64,000 nt of DNA from Vicugna vicugna (lineage: Eukaryota). The translations under genes and the position numbers were made by a program. The stretch covers positions 1,770,244-1,834,243 of the forward strand of contig MU058252.1 in the NCBI GenBank assembly GCA_013265495.1. Direction: 5' to 3'. Under the pieces are notes generated by a model. That model worked only from the letters and a program-made list of their open reading frames with translations, made no database searches and was not told where the DNA came from. Below, one piece after another: positions 1 to 12,195 of the stretch. Every line of letters starts with the position of its first letter. Position 1 is the first letter of the stretch.

Positions 1-819
1 GTTCCAGTGTCCCGTCCTGTGAATTTCCAAAGACGTGGCAGGAGTGGCCCTGGACTTAGTTTATCATTCTTTCCACGATGCCCGGCAAAGTATGAACGAC
101 GCGTCTCACCGGCAAGGCTGATTTTTCACTTGCGTTAAATTCAGCCCAAACATACACTATTGAGCACCTTATGAGGGCTAGAAGCCTCTTGTTTCAGGCC
201 TGCCCCCACCTACCGTTGTGGCCCATTACGCGCCGTCCTGGGCGTCAGCGTCAGTGGAACTGGATGTGGGGTTATTAGGACTCACTGGCCATCAAAGTTC
301 CTTGCCCATTTTAACAATCACGTGAACAGGGTGTCACCGGTGCTATTTTTGTTGCTTCGCCACCTCCTTTCACCCATCCAGTGACAGCAGCGTGTGTACC
401 TCCCAAATATCCAGGAAAACGCCTGTTCTAGCTTTGCAAACTGTAAGATGGTCCCAGTGTCATCTCAGGTCCTTCTACGTTCCTCGATGTTACGGAAAAC
501 ATGATGAGAGTGATCTAGGTTCTAAAATAATCAAAGCACAGCCAAGCTGACACCTCCTGTGTTGATTTCCACGCCTCTTCTCTGATTGCCTCCCCCTGCT
601 CCTTTCTGATTCACCACAATTCCAGCGTCTGGGCTGACCATCCAAGCTGCCGGACTGCTCAGTCCACAAGCTGAGTCCTGTGGATTTGCTTGCCTTCCAC
701 ACTGACTGCAGAAAGGAGCTCAGCAAGGAGCACATTCTGGGGCGCACCTGGGCATCCTGTGCCCGTGAGGCCTTCAGAACGGAACACCACACTTGCTCCC
801 AAATCTTGACCTGGTGGTT

Positions 820-1060
820 CCCTGTCTAGCCTCCCAGGTGACCCCTGTTATTACTAGTCCTGGGTCTCAGCAGTGACTGAGGGGTGTCGTTTAAAACAGA
901 AAAGGTGGGCGAGCTTTCTGAGCTGGGGGCTCCCCTCTGTGTGGCCATCTGTCTGCCTTTCCCCTCCCCATGCCTCTCATCCTTATCTGGATAAAAGTCA
1001 GCTCTCGACACTCCCCTTGTGTGGGAGCCGTCTGCACCACTGATGAAACATCCTGAGCTG
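820..1060 (+). mobile_element. Degraded L2 LINE 3' fragment
   Basis: Pyrimidine-rich sequence resembling the L2 3' region (ctcatccttatctggataaaagtcagctctcgacactcccc); old and diverged. Confidence 0.4.
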
Positions 1061-1157
1061 AGCATCAATAGATATTCCTCTGCTCCTAATTCATCACACG
1101 GGGACTGGCTTCCCAAATCGATTTCCGGATTTTTTTTTAAAACTCTAACTCATGACG

Positions 1158-2150
1158 GGCAGCAAAATAAAAAATAGACAAATGGGACTATATCAAACTT
1201 AAAAACTTCTGCGTGTCAGAGGAAGCAATCAAGAGTGAAAGGTGACCTACGGGATGGGGGAAAATAATTGCAAAGGGTTACCAGCTGGAATGTATAAGGA
1301 AACTCTACAACTCAACGACAAAACCCCAAGGAACTTAATTTAAAAATGGGCAAAGGACTAGAATAGATGGTCTCTGAGGAACACGCAGAGATGGTTAATA
1401 AGCATGTGAAAGACACCCCACACTACAAATTGTTAGAGAAATGCAAATCAAAACCACAGTGAGGTCACCTCACACCTTTCAGCGTGGCCGCCACCAAAAG
1501 AACAGAAAGCTCCCAGTGCTGGCAAGGAGGCAGAGAAGCTGGGGCCCCGTGCTCTGTTGGGAGGAATGTAAAATGGTGCGGTCATATGGAACACAGTATG
1601 GAGTTCATTAAAAATTTTCTAGCTGGCACCACCATGTGCCCCAGTAATCCCACTGCTGGGTATTCATTCAAAAGAACTGAAATCAGGATCTCAAAGAGAT
1701 GTTTGTACATCCATGTTTATTGCAGCATTTTCACAATTAAGAGGTGGAAACAACCCCAATGTTCATTGACAGATGAATGAATAAACAGAATGTGGCACCC
1801 ACGCACAATGGAATACTATACAGCCTTAAAGAGGAAGGATATTCTGACACCTGCTACAACATGGATGAAACTTGAAGACATTATGGTAAGTGAAATAAGC
1901 CAGCCACAAAAGGACAAATATTTATACGAGGCATCTGAAGTAGTCAAAATCATAGAAACAGAAAAGAGAATGGTTACCAAGGCCTGAGTGGGGAAGGAAG
2001 AAATAATTAAACTTTAGTGGGTATAGAGTTTCAATATTGCAAGACTAAAAAGTTTCAGATGTTTGCTGCATCACAATGTGAATATATTTAACACTATTAA
2101 ACTACACACTTAAAAATTGTTAAGCCAGTAAATTTTATTTTATGTGTTTA
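1158..2150 (+). mobile_element. L1 (L1MA/MB-like) 3' end: ORF2 C-terminus plus 3' UTR, 5'-truncated
   Basis: Typical L1 sequence aaaatagacaaatgggactatatcaaacttaaaaacttctg; ORF 1790-1987 reads MEYYTALKRKDILTPATTWMKLEDIMVSEISQ, the L1 ORF2 C-terminal motif. Confidence 0.92.
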
Positions 2151-4689
2151 GTTTTCATCTCAAACACACATACACACGTAGCCTCTAACTCACTGGTTTT
2201 TGCTTGCCCACAATGTTGGAAGTCACTTTTGATGTGGTTGGAAAGCTTCAGTGATGGTGATGATTTAAGATGCAAATGTTTTCAGGTTGCAAGCAGTAAA
2301 TAAATAAACTGGCACATGTAAATGGCTTAGAACGGTCCCTGATCCGTGGTAAGCACAGCGTGCTTGCTAATCTCCTAGTGTTTGCATCTTGAATCATCGC
2401 TAATATCAAAACTTCCCACCACAGCATGAGTGGACAGGAACTACGTACTCCTCTATCCAAAGCCCTCAGACCACATGTGGTTTGGAACACAATGTTTTTC
2501 CTGGTTAGCTCTTTCCCTGCCCAGACTGCAGTGTTACATCCTCAGCAGCTCCTATAATTAAATGTTACTATTTCTCCAGAGCAACATATCGGCTGATTCC
2601 TTCCTCCACAAATGCCCGCACACTTCGGAACTGAACACCCTGGGAAACACCACGGAGATGAGAGGACCCAGAAAAGAACTGAACTTCTGGATTGGGGGCC
2701 TCAGGAAGTAATTAGGCCAGTTTACCCAGGGAGTTTTGTTGTTGTTGACCTGAGTTTATGGAGACTTAGGAGGTTCAGAGCTGCTGCAGGAGGTGACCAC
2801 GTCCAGCATCCATAAACATGCTTGCGAAGTGGCTAAGCGTCACGTTGGTGGATGACAGCCCCTTAAAGTCACGCCCATAGACAGACGGAGATGACCTGTC
2901 TTCTCAAAATTCCTGCTCTCGTCTCTGAGGACACTGAGTTGGGGGAGGACTTCAGATGCTCTCCAGACCCTAGGCAGGTGCAGGTGTTCCACAGAAGCAA
3001 TGACAAGGTGAACATAGTCTTTCTGGAGTTGGCTGATGGCATTAAATTATCTACGGATTTCAGGAGAGGCTTATAGTGATGTTTAAGCCCCTTCCATCAG
3101 ACTATAAATTTGTAAGAGACTCAGATGTCTTCCTAGAGAGAGAAGGTGATCCCCATGGGTCCCACTCAGGCTCTGGTGGCCAGGAAAGGCGAGGACCACC
3201 CCACGAGTTTCAGTCGGGGCTGACACATTGCAGGCTTTGAGGAAGACGGATGTGAGTTCTTTCTGCAGATTCTGAGAGCCATCTATTAAGGCAAAAGGAT
3301 ACACACTCAACTAATAGAGGCACGTGCGAAAAGTTGTACCTTGGAGAACAGCAGACCCCCATAGATGACGGTGGGGGTGGGCTCTGGCCTTGGTTTGAAG
3401 CCATTTCTAAAGCAGCCACTGCAGATGACACCAGCTCGAATGTCCACGCTCTTTTCTTTGAGGAAATGTGACTACTTCACAACAGATTCACCTATAAGGA
3501 GGACACACGCCCAGGGGTGCAGAAGCTCAGGTGCACTGGAGGCTTGGGAAGGTGTGTGTGTGTTGAGGGGGTGGCTGCAGGTGTCACAGAAGATGGAGGA
3601 ATGGGACAGTGCAGCCCATTCTCCCTGCGGGGTCCCAAGAATACAGAGGCCCGTCCTGCTTGCTGGAAGGGAGGCACACGACGAACGCATGGAGTAGAAA
3701 CGGCAAGAAACTGTTGAAAGATACAGACGGCGTGGAAGTGACCATCAAACACGAATCTGCATGGACCACTGACCAAAGACGGTTACAGACAGCAGGCGAG
3801 TCAGCTTCTTCCCACACCTCCAGTGCCCGCCGTGCAGGCACAGAGCAGTGGGTGACGCCCTCCTCACACGGAAAGAGGACCAACCAGGTCAAACCTTCTG
3901 CCCTGTAATGAGGTCTCGTGTCCTCTCGGCCCCTCGAGTCTCTCCTGGGTGAAGAGCGATGGGCAGGTCCCCAGAAGCCTCCCTGCGCATACCCAGGTTT
4001 CAGGCTGGCTTGAGTCCTCTGTCTGCCCTACTCAGACTGGGATCTGAGTGTTTTCTTTTATTTTTATACTAAAAATTCACAAACTATACTCAAATTTGAG
4101 AAGTACTGCTCGATAATACATCCCTGTGTTGAAGATCCATACTGCAAACCAGTATGTTAAAGCTCAGAGCACGTTTCTGACAGAAAGAAATGAGTTTAGC
4201 TTCATGCAATCCAATTTTCCCAAACGTGTATAGACTCGGAACATGTTTTCATCAGGGCACGTTATTAATAGTAGCCGGATCAGTTTCTCCAGAAACACGG
4301 AATTAAGTGAACCCCACGTCCTCCGTCATCAGGCCCCCAAATCCACGTGACCTTGTCTGCCGCTGCTTCCCGCGTAGATCCTCACGGGGAGAAGGGGCGT
4401 CTCACTTTTCTGAAACTCTGTCTGTCACTTCCTCTTCCCAATACTTCAAGCCCAAGGATCATTCCTGCCTCTTTGCTCGTTATAATCCTCCCAGGAATCT
4501 GTCCCCACCGTTCTCGCTTACATTTGAATGTACAAATTAAGCACTTATCACCTGCAAAGGCTTTCCTAATTTCTGCTGTTATGTTGTTAGTAATAATGGC
4601 TAACACTTCCCAGACGTCTGCCACACACTGTGCGCTCTGACAAGGACCCGCCCGTGCGTCGTGTCCCTTGGCAGTTGGTGCTCTGTGAC

Positions 4690-4850
4690 AGCGGGCGTGT
4701 GAGTAACTCTCTAGACCTCAGCTTCCCGATCTGCAAAATGGGCATAAACAGCCTTACCTGAGCCTGCAGCGCTGGTAAGTAGCCGGGAAGTGATTCCAAT
4801 ACACTTCAGTCTGACTCCAGAGCCTGCCCTCGTAACCGCTGTGCTGTGCC
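4690..4850. mobile_element. MIR SINE fragments
   Basis: MIR core cctcagcttcccgatctgcaaaatgggcataa, plus an opposite-orientation head cagtctgactccagagcc. Confidence 0.65.
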
Positions 4851-5359
4851 TTGTCTTGCGAAAGTTACCCTCTTATCCACATCCCTACGAGGTTTTCGAT
4901 TAGGCTAGTTCTGGAATCTGGTTGTTTAATGCCTTTTCAAATTAACTGCCTTATAATGAATAAGTTGCCAATTCAAAGCTTAGGTCAAGATGACTGGCAG
5001 TGAGCTCTCAGAGGTCCTTCTTGTTTTCCTGGGTGGCTGGGGGCAGCGGCAGTGCCTAAACCCACGTCGCACCACAGCAGAAAAGAAGAGCCTGGGAAAT
5101 CATGCCAAACCCGAGACGCTGGCACAACCAAAGGGCAACGAATACACAAGCTTCATGTTGCTTTTAAGTAAAAATAAAATAAAATCTCAGTAAGCAATCT
5201 CTCAGGCTCTTGTGCAAAGCTTTGCTATAGGCAGTGACGGTCTGCTTTAAAAACAAAACAAAAACACTGCACAGGAGAAGAGGGAGATGAGCAGCAGGTT
5301 TGAAATTATTCTAAAGCCACAGTGGGAATGGCCGTTACCCTGACAGTGACACGGCCCTC

Positions 5360-5612
5360 TTCGCCTTTCCTTAGCTGTGGCCGCATCACCCCGTCTGTGT
5401 TTCATCTGCACGTGGAGTGCTCCCTGTCCGCATGACTGCTTCTGCGTCCAAGTTTCCCCTTTTTATAAGGACAAATCCGGCCCACCCGAATGACCTCATT
5501 TAAACTTGATTAGCTTTGTAAAGACCCTCTTTCCAAGAAGGGGCACATTCACAGGCACGGGGTTTAGGACTCTAACCTCTTCTAGAGGGGGAGGGACACA
5601 GTCCAACAGAAC
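5360..5612 (-). mobile_element. MaLR LTR (MLT1-type)
   Basis: ccttttataaggaca...gacctcatttaaacttgattagctttgtaaagaccctctttccaa...gggacacagtccaac is reverse-strand MLT1. Confidence 0.8.
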
Positions 5613-8600
5613 AGGGGGTGGCAGGGGGAGGACCCTGGAACTTGAGGGCTGGGTGGGGTGAACCCAGGCCTGCTGGTAAGGGAACACACTGGGCAAGTGG
5701 AATTCACAGATTTTTTTTTGCATTTTTTCCCTGTATTTCCAAGATGTCTTGCCAACTCAAGGATGAATAATACTGCGTCTAGGAAGAGCTCCCCGGGGAG
5801 GAATTATGTGTAGTCCAGCCCGGGTGACTTTTGGCAATGTTATCACCACGGGCCGTCATTAAGACATCGATGGAGGTCAACGAGCTACAGCCTAGAACTC
5901 CCTGAAACACGATGAAATGAAACACCCTCCTGCCGTCCCTGCAGGAGAGCGGATGCGAAAGGGACTGAACAGCAAGGCTGCACCAAACGTGGCGGGAAAC
6001 TTGATGCCTCTTCCTCCACAGGTCGGAGCAGCTGACCGGCCCTGGCAGACAGCCTGGGTCTGGGGAGCGCTCAGTACTTGCCTGCGGGGCGTTGGCCTGC
6101 GCGCCCCCAGGAGGTGACCCATGTCGGCGCTGCTGTCGCTCCCACTAGGATCCCTCTCCCCTGAGGCAGGTCAGCGTTTGACGCCTTGTCCTGCCGGAAC
6201 TGACAGAGGGTCTTCGTGGGCAGCACCCATGTGCCAGCAGGACCCGCGTGAAGGCTTTGAACTTCACGGTGGAGTCAGCCGGTGGGGCCCTTGACTCGTC
6301 TGAAAGCTTCCGCCTGCATTCCACCAGGGGCCAGGGGGCCGCCGCCTGCCCTTGCGGGGAGGAGGGCTTTGTGGGAGATACTCAGGAGGCAGGGTTTTGG
6401 GTGCCCTTCACCCTAAGCAGAGTGGTCAGAGAGGATCTGCGAGTCCCACTTCTGCAGCAGCGCGCGGCTTCGCACAGAAGCAGTCCCTCGTGGTGGGCCG
6501 CCTTCTTCGAGTCCGCAGTGGTGACGTTTCTCATCACGCTCAGCTATCGCCCATTCAAGGCCACTGTGATCTGAAAGACATTACCCCCGACACTGTTTGT
6601 CTGCTGCTGGTTAGGCAAATGGAGAGCCAAGGTGCCTGCTCAGGGAAATTACTGCCCTCGTCTGTCACCAGCCTCAACCGCAGAAGCCCTGGCTCCCTTT
6701 CTGGCTGTTTGAGTGATGGCTTTCAAGAGGAAAAGTGATCGGTAGAATGCTTCCCCTCCAAGGGAAACGTGAGAAAAGGAACTGGCTACCCACATCTTTC
6801 CCATCTCGATGAGATGGTCCTTCTGCCCACATTCAATGAGCCTGTCAGAATAAATAAGGAGGCCTGGTCACCGTGGGTGGCGGCAGCCAGGCGCTTAGTC
6901 GAGGAAATCAATCTGGAGGTGGAGGTTCCGTTTCTCCCTTGCTCTCGGCTCCAGGCAGGCAAGTCTCCAGGCTCACTCACGTCTCATTCTTGCTTAGCGT
7001 GCAGCCATTCCCTCTGCCTCTGAGACAGACCCCCCGCCCCTCCCGAAGCCAACTTCAGTCTCTCCCCTCAGAACGCGTGTGAATTTCTACGCTTTGCGGT
7101 CGGTGCTGTGCGCTTCGGCACCCAGCTAACTCCTTTCCTGGATAATTCTCACACTGTTCCGTGTGTGCTCACCCTCCCATTTAGACAGTGTGAGCATCTC
7201 GCGGCCACTGGCCACGTCTTCCACCACGCTGCTCCCCTTGCCCAGAGCGCCGTGCTGGGGGCCCGGCAGGGACTCCGCACGTACCTGGCGCTTGGTTAGA
7301 CCTGCGGGAAGACCATGCATCTGTCTTCGCTGCCCAGAAGCCATCCTTGTCCTTTCTGGAAATAATAATATGGAATAATGTCCCCAGTGGCTTGAGAAAC
7401 CACGCCCTCCTTCGTCGTGAGTGTTTGTGTGTGTGGGGGATTGATGATAACTGTGACAGCCAGTTAATCTCTTTCTGGTGGTCACGGTGGTCGGGTCAGG
7501 GATGGGCAGGTTCCATACAGTCGGGGTAAACCTCGGAGCCTTTCCTGGGATGTGGGTTTAGGGTCACCCCTGGCTTATATCCTTGGGAACTACGAGCAGC
7601 CGTCATGTGACCGCGAGGAGGACCAGCTTTAAAATGAAGGCAGAGGAGAGAGAGGCTTGAGGACATCATTGGTCAAGGCATGACGTGGGTTTCCAGCTGA
7701 AGAACAGGAGAGATTATCTTTACATCTTAAGCTAGTCTGAGCCACGTTTCTGTTATGAGCAACCAAACGGGTGCCAGAGACCCTGGGTAAACACATCCGT
7801 ACAGCTCGCAGGCATTCCTGGTCACGTGGGTGTTTCGTATCTCCTGGGAGATCAGAATCATGCAGGAGAGTTTTTCTTCCCATCGCACTAATGTTGAATT
7901 ACTTTCAGAAGGAGAATGTAGCAACATTCTTTCAAGCTGTAGGGAGAACTATGGATTAAGGAGAATGAAAAGCAAATGTTCCCCTCTTCCATCCTCTCTC
8001 CCTTCGTGGAAGGGTTCTTGGAACTTCTGAGGAAAATGGAGCATGAGCAGCAGTGGGGGAGGGGACGACCCAGATTCGTTTTCGCCTTTTCCAGGTTCTT
8101 CTGTTTGTTCTCAGCTGCCCCTCAGCTCGGCTCAGACGGGGGAGTCGTTCCACGCCTTTGGCCAAGATTCCCAAGCTTGACTCTGCCGCCCCTGCCCACC
8201 CCATTCACGAGCCGAGTGCACAGGCTTCCCGCTGCCTCTCGTGACATGTGTGTCAGTCTCAGAACCGCTGACACTTTTGGCTGAACGATCTGCCGTGGGG
8301 ACCGTCCTGCGCACTGCAGGGTGTCCAGCAGCACCCCCGGCCTCCATCCTTTGGATGCCAGGCGCCCCTGCTCCTCTTCCCAGGACTTGACAGCAGAAAT
8401 GCTGACAGACACTGCCAAACGTCCCGGGGGGGGGGGCAAAGTCACCCCCACCCCTCCTGTTGAGGACCTTTGCTCTACACGGAGTGGAGAGGGTGAAATT
8501 TGGCAAAAGGACTCACCTTTGATGGTCCCTCAGGGATTCTGATTTTCCCCATGAGCTTCCCTCAGGATCTCCACTCTGAAGTGATGGAAGAATCAAGACC

Positions 8601-9034
8601 CTCGCAAGAGTGAAAGGGAACTTAAAAAAAAAGGGTTTGTTTAGTTACTGTATTTTTGTATCTGGAAGTGAATAAATGTTAATCTGGAGCCCGAGGCCTC
8701 ATCTGACTAGGGGAGGGTATTCCATAGGCCTTTATCCGAATGGTAATAATTTCCAGTGTCTTGATTGCCTTTAAATCACCCAAAATTAGCCAGTGAGAAA
8801 GTGCGATCAAGGTCTTAGGAGGGGCTGTAATGAGCTGGACATCAGACACCTCTGTCTCTCCTGCCTCTTTCTAATGGATGACGCTGGGCAAAGTCTCACG
8901 GTACCTTCAAGTGCCATGCTTTACCTGTTTATTTATTTATGAAATTCTCTGGCCCAGTGAGATTACTGGGCCAGGTAATTCGGATGCTTTCTGACTTCTT
9001 GTGATTGTGATGATGATGGAATTCCCTCTTTCAA

Positions 9035-9158
9035 ATTTTTTGGGGGTAATTACGTTTGTTTGTTTGTTTATTGTTTTCAGTGGCAGCCCTGGGGACGGAA
9101 CCCAGGACCTCGCGCGTGCCAAGCACACCGTCTACTACTGAGCTGTGCCCTCCTCCCA
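9035..9158 (-). mobile_element. Camelid tRNA-derived SINE (vic-1-like)
   Basis: Reverse strand shows a tRNA-like head (agctcagtagtaga A-box; ggttccgtccc B-box) and an A-rich (caaa)n tail. Confidence 0.8.
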
Positions 9159-9352
9159 CCGCTCCCATGACGGGGTGCTGATGATCTGAGTGATGTGTTT
9201 AAACGTCCCTGTTTCTTCCTTCTGTCCTTAGACCCACACGTCCACGGGCGGGTTGCTGGCAGGCATGCGCCTTTGTCGTGCTCCTGGAGTCCCCTGAGCG
9301 CCGGTCCCAGCACAGTGGCTCCTGTGCTCCCCTCCCCTCCCCCATCATCACA

Positions 9353-9955
9353 NNNNNNNNNNNNNNNNNNNNNNNNNNNNNNNNNNNNNNNNNNNNNNNN
9401 NNNNNNNNNNNNNNNNNNNNNNNNNNNNNNNNNNNNNNNNNNNNNNNNNNNNNNNNNNNNNNNNNNNNNNNNNNNNNNNNNNNNNNNNNNNNNNNNNNNN
9501 NNNNNNNNNNNNNNNNNNNNNNNNNNNNNNNNNNNNNNNNNNNNNNNNNNNNNNNNNNNNNNNNNNNNNNNNNNNNNNNNNNNNNNNNNNNNNNNNNNNN
9601 NNNNNNNNNNNNNNNNNNNNNNNNNNNNNNNNNNNNNNNNNNNNNNNNNNNNNNNNNNNNNNNNNNNNNNNNNNNNNNNNNNNNNNNNNNNNNNNNNNNN
9701 NNNNNNNNNNNNNNNNNNNNNNNNNNNNNNNNNNNNNNNNNNNNNNNNNNNNNNNNNNNNNNNNNNNNNNNNNNNNNNNNNNNNNNNNNNNNNNNNNNNN
9801 NNNNNNNNNNNNNNNNNNNNNNNNNNNNNNNNNNNNNNNNNNNNNNNNNNNNNNNNNNNNNNNNNNNNNNNNNNNNNNNNNNNNNNNNNNNNNNNNNNNN
9901 NNNNNNNNNNNNNNNNNNNNNNNNNNNNNNNNNNNNNNNNNNNNNNNNNNNNNNN
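9353..9955. other. Assembly gap (603 N)
   Basis: Run of N. Confidence 1.
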
Positions 9956-10369
9956 TACAGAGACTGGCCGGCGGCTGTGGGTCCCGGTTCCCGGGGAGGC
10001 GTCTCGGCTCTGCCTGGGGGACCCTGTGAATGGCGTCTCCCCCTCGGCTTTGCTGTGAGGGTCCCCTGAGATTTGAACAGCAGGCTCTCAGGGGATGCCC
10101 TGTCTTCTGACTTCATTTCCGGCTTCAGCTTACTTTGCTTTTCTTAGTTCGTTATCTTTCCTCTCAGTTTCTTCATAAAAAGCTCTTCTTCCTTCTTCTC
10201 AATGCCATGCCCATAGTCACCTGCACCCTTCTGCCCCCAGCTGGGATTACTGCCGGGGTCCTGGTGTCTGAGTCACTGCCTGTGCTTGGGCAGTAGACAC
10301 AGGGAGGAGATCTAAGTCTGAGCAACCGGCTCTCCGGGAGGAACGAGACGATTATGTCGACCTGGCCCC

Positions 10370-10700
10370 GCGTTAGCATTCGGAAAGCAGGACCGAGGGG
10401 ACGGGAAGCAGCTGACTCCACTGAGGGCTTTCGGTGACGCGAAGGGGCTGGGGTGGGCGGTGGTCCAGAAGCAGAACAAGACGGCCCCTCAGAGAGGGCG
10501 CGGATGGCGAGGGCTCCGTGCTGCGGGGACGCACTTACCGCCGACCCAGCAGCTGGAGGAGCGGCGCCTCCGGGAGGGCGGGACCTCGCCGCCGCCCCTC
10601 CCGCCCCCTGCAGGAGCGCTCTTCACCGGGCCGCTCACCACGCATCGGACGGCGCGTCCTCCAGTGGATCCAGGCGTCGCTGAAAACGCAGGGAGATCAA
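10370..10700. promoter_or_regulatory. CpG island / putative promoter with GC boxes and a CTCF-like motif
   Basis: Dense CpG. Minus strand has GGGGCGGGAGGGGCGG, CCTGCAGGGGGCGG at 10601-10614, and the donor GCG|GTAAGT at 10539/10538. Confidence 0.65.
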
Positions 10701-11379
10701 ACCCTTCAGTACCCGAGCCTGAAAACTAAAAAACAAAGTGAGGCCAGATTATTCCATCACGTTGACATACTGCTACAGATTCGAGATGCTTGAGAAACAA
10801 AACCGCAAACCTTTAGCTTTCCAGCCGTACAGGGAGTCGTAGATGATCCCAGGTGGGGAGGCGAGCGACTCTCCAAGCAAAACCGAATCGCGTTGAGTAT
10901 TTTGGAAAAGGTGGTGACTCAGCTGCAGGGACTCTGTGCCCCTCAGGAGTGGTCAGCATCTTACCAGCCTTTCAGATCTAATTGCCAACGGGAGGCAGCT
11001 GCGAGGGGATGAATATTACTTAACTCTCATCAAACACCAAGCTCGCTTAGCACCGCGCCCGAGTGGACTCTGCCGTGAGCTCGTTTGGGTGTTCTGTGGG
11101 ACGTGACAATTCATTCCAGGCTTTTCTTTCAAGAGTTGTGATCGGGATGGTAGGAACTTGCAATTAATTTATGATTATTTGGGAGAAGAGGACTGGAAAG
11201 GGAAGCAACCTAGAGGCCGGCCGTGAGAAATCCAAGCAAGGCGGATTCTGGACTTGTCAGGACTCACCTTGCTTGTTTCCAACGCCAAGTGTTTGTTCCG
11301 GCTTGAAGCCCTGCCTCGTCCTCTGCTGCACGTCTGGGCTGACCACCTGCCCAGTCCTCCAGCCCAGGGCGACCAGGAG

Positions 11380-11500
11380 CACCTCCGCCCACCCTCCGGG
11401 TCCTGCGGTGCCTCCCGCCCGCCGCAGCCAGGGGAGAGCAGGTCCGGGCTGGGAGGACGGGCGGCCGAGCCCCGCGGCTCAGCACCGGGGCTGCGCGGCA
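11380..11500. promoter_or_regulatory. Small CpG-rich patch
   Basis: CpG-dense GC-rich stretch upstream (on the minus strand) of the donor AAG|GTGAGT at 11268/11267. Confidence 0.4.
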
Positions 11501-12114
11501 GTAGACTGCCTTGGCATCTTCTATGTTTGTTTTCTTCTCCTGACAACCTCCAGAGGCAGGTCTAGCAGGTGGACTGCACCATTTTACAGAGGAGGGGAGT
11601 GAGTCCAAGGTCAGGAGGGTCTCTGGTGATGTGACTCCTGACTTGAAGTTCAGTCGATGCAAAACAAAGGTGGGGTGGGGACTGGGACGGTGGTGGTGGG
11701 GGCTCCTATGATGGCCAGGATCCTGCCAGGAGGTGTGTGCATGGGGACCTGCCTGGGGCAGGAGGGGGTGGGTGGTCCACATGCAGCCGCGTGGAAGGGC
11801 GTGTCTTTGAGGTGGGAAGGGCACTCGGGGAATAGAAAGGTGTTGACAGCCTGCGGGAGGGGAAAAATTCCCCTCACCACCTCATGCTTTTCTCCCTCAC
11901 CTGCTGGTCTTCCTCCCACCTGTTTGCTGGCTTGGAAGCTGAGGATGAAAGGGTCTCCAGTTCTGTAGCATCTGGTGGAACCTCAGAGCACTTCTGCTGG
12001 AGGCAGATGAAGCCAGATTGGCGTGGGGAGGTGGGGCTGGTCCACCGTGAAGAACGCGGGAAACGGGTTGGCTCAGATGGGTGGGAAGGATGTGCCTGGA
12101 ACACACCCGAGCAA

Positions 12115-12195
12115 GTGAGCACGTGCATGTGTGTGCATGGGTGTGCACGTGCCTGCATGCACGTGTGTGTGTGTGGACACATGCGTGTGCCTGCG
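12115..12195. repeat. Imperfect (TG/CA/CG)n purine-pyrimidine microsatellite
   Basis: gcacgtgcatgtgtgtgcatgggtgtgcacgtgcctgcatgcacgtgtgtgtgtgtg. Confidence 0.85.

Noticed and set aside
286..440. Minus-strand exon candidate ending CCA|GTGAGT
   Set aside because: Weak polypyrimidine tract, stops in all frames and no support beyond the donor.
5071..5150. TAEKK...PKGNEY resembles my recollection of human OFCC1
   Set aside because: Only two short words with different spacing and no splice context or flanking similarity; expected by chance across a proteome. A tblastn of OFCC1 would settle it.
9195..10116. Long ORFs of 263-305 aa
   Set aside because: Artefacts of translating through the N gap.
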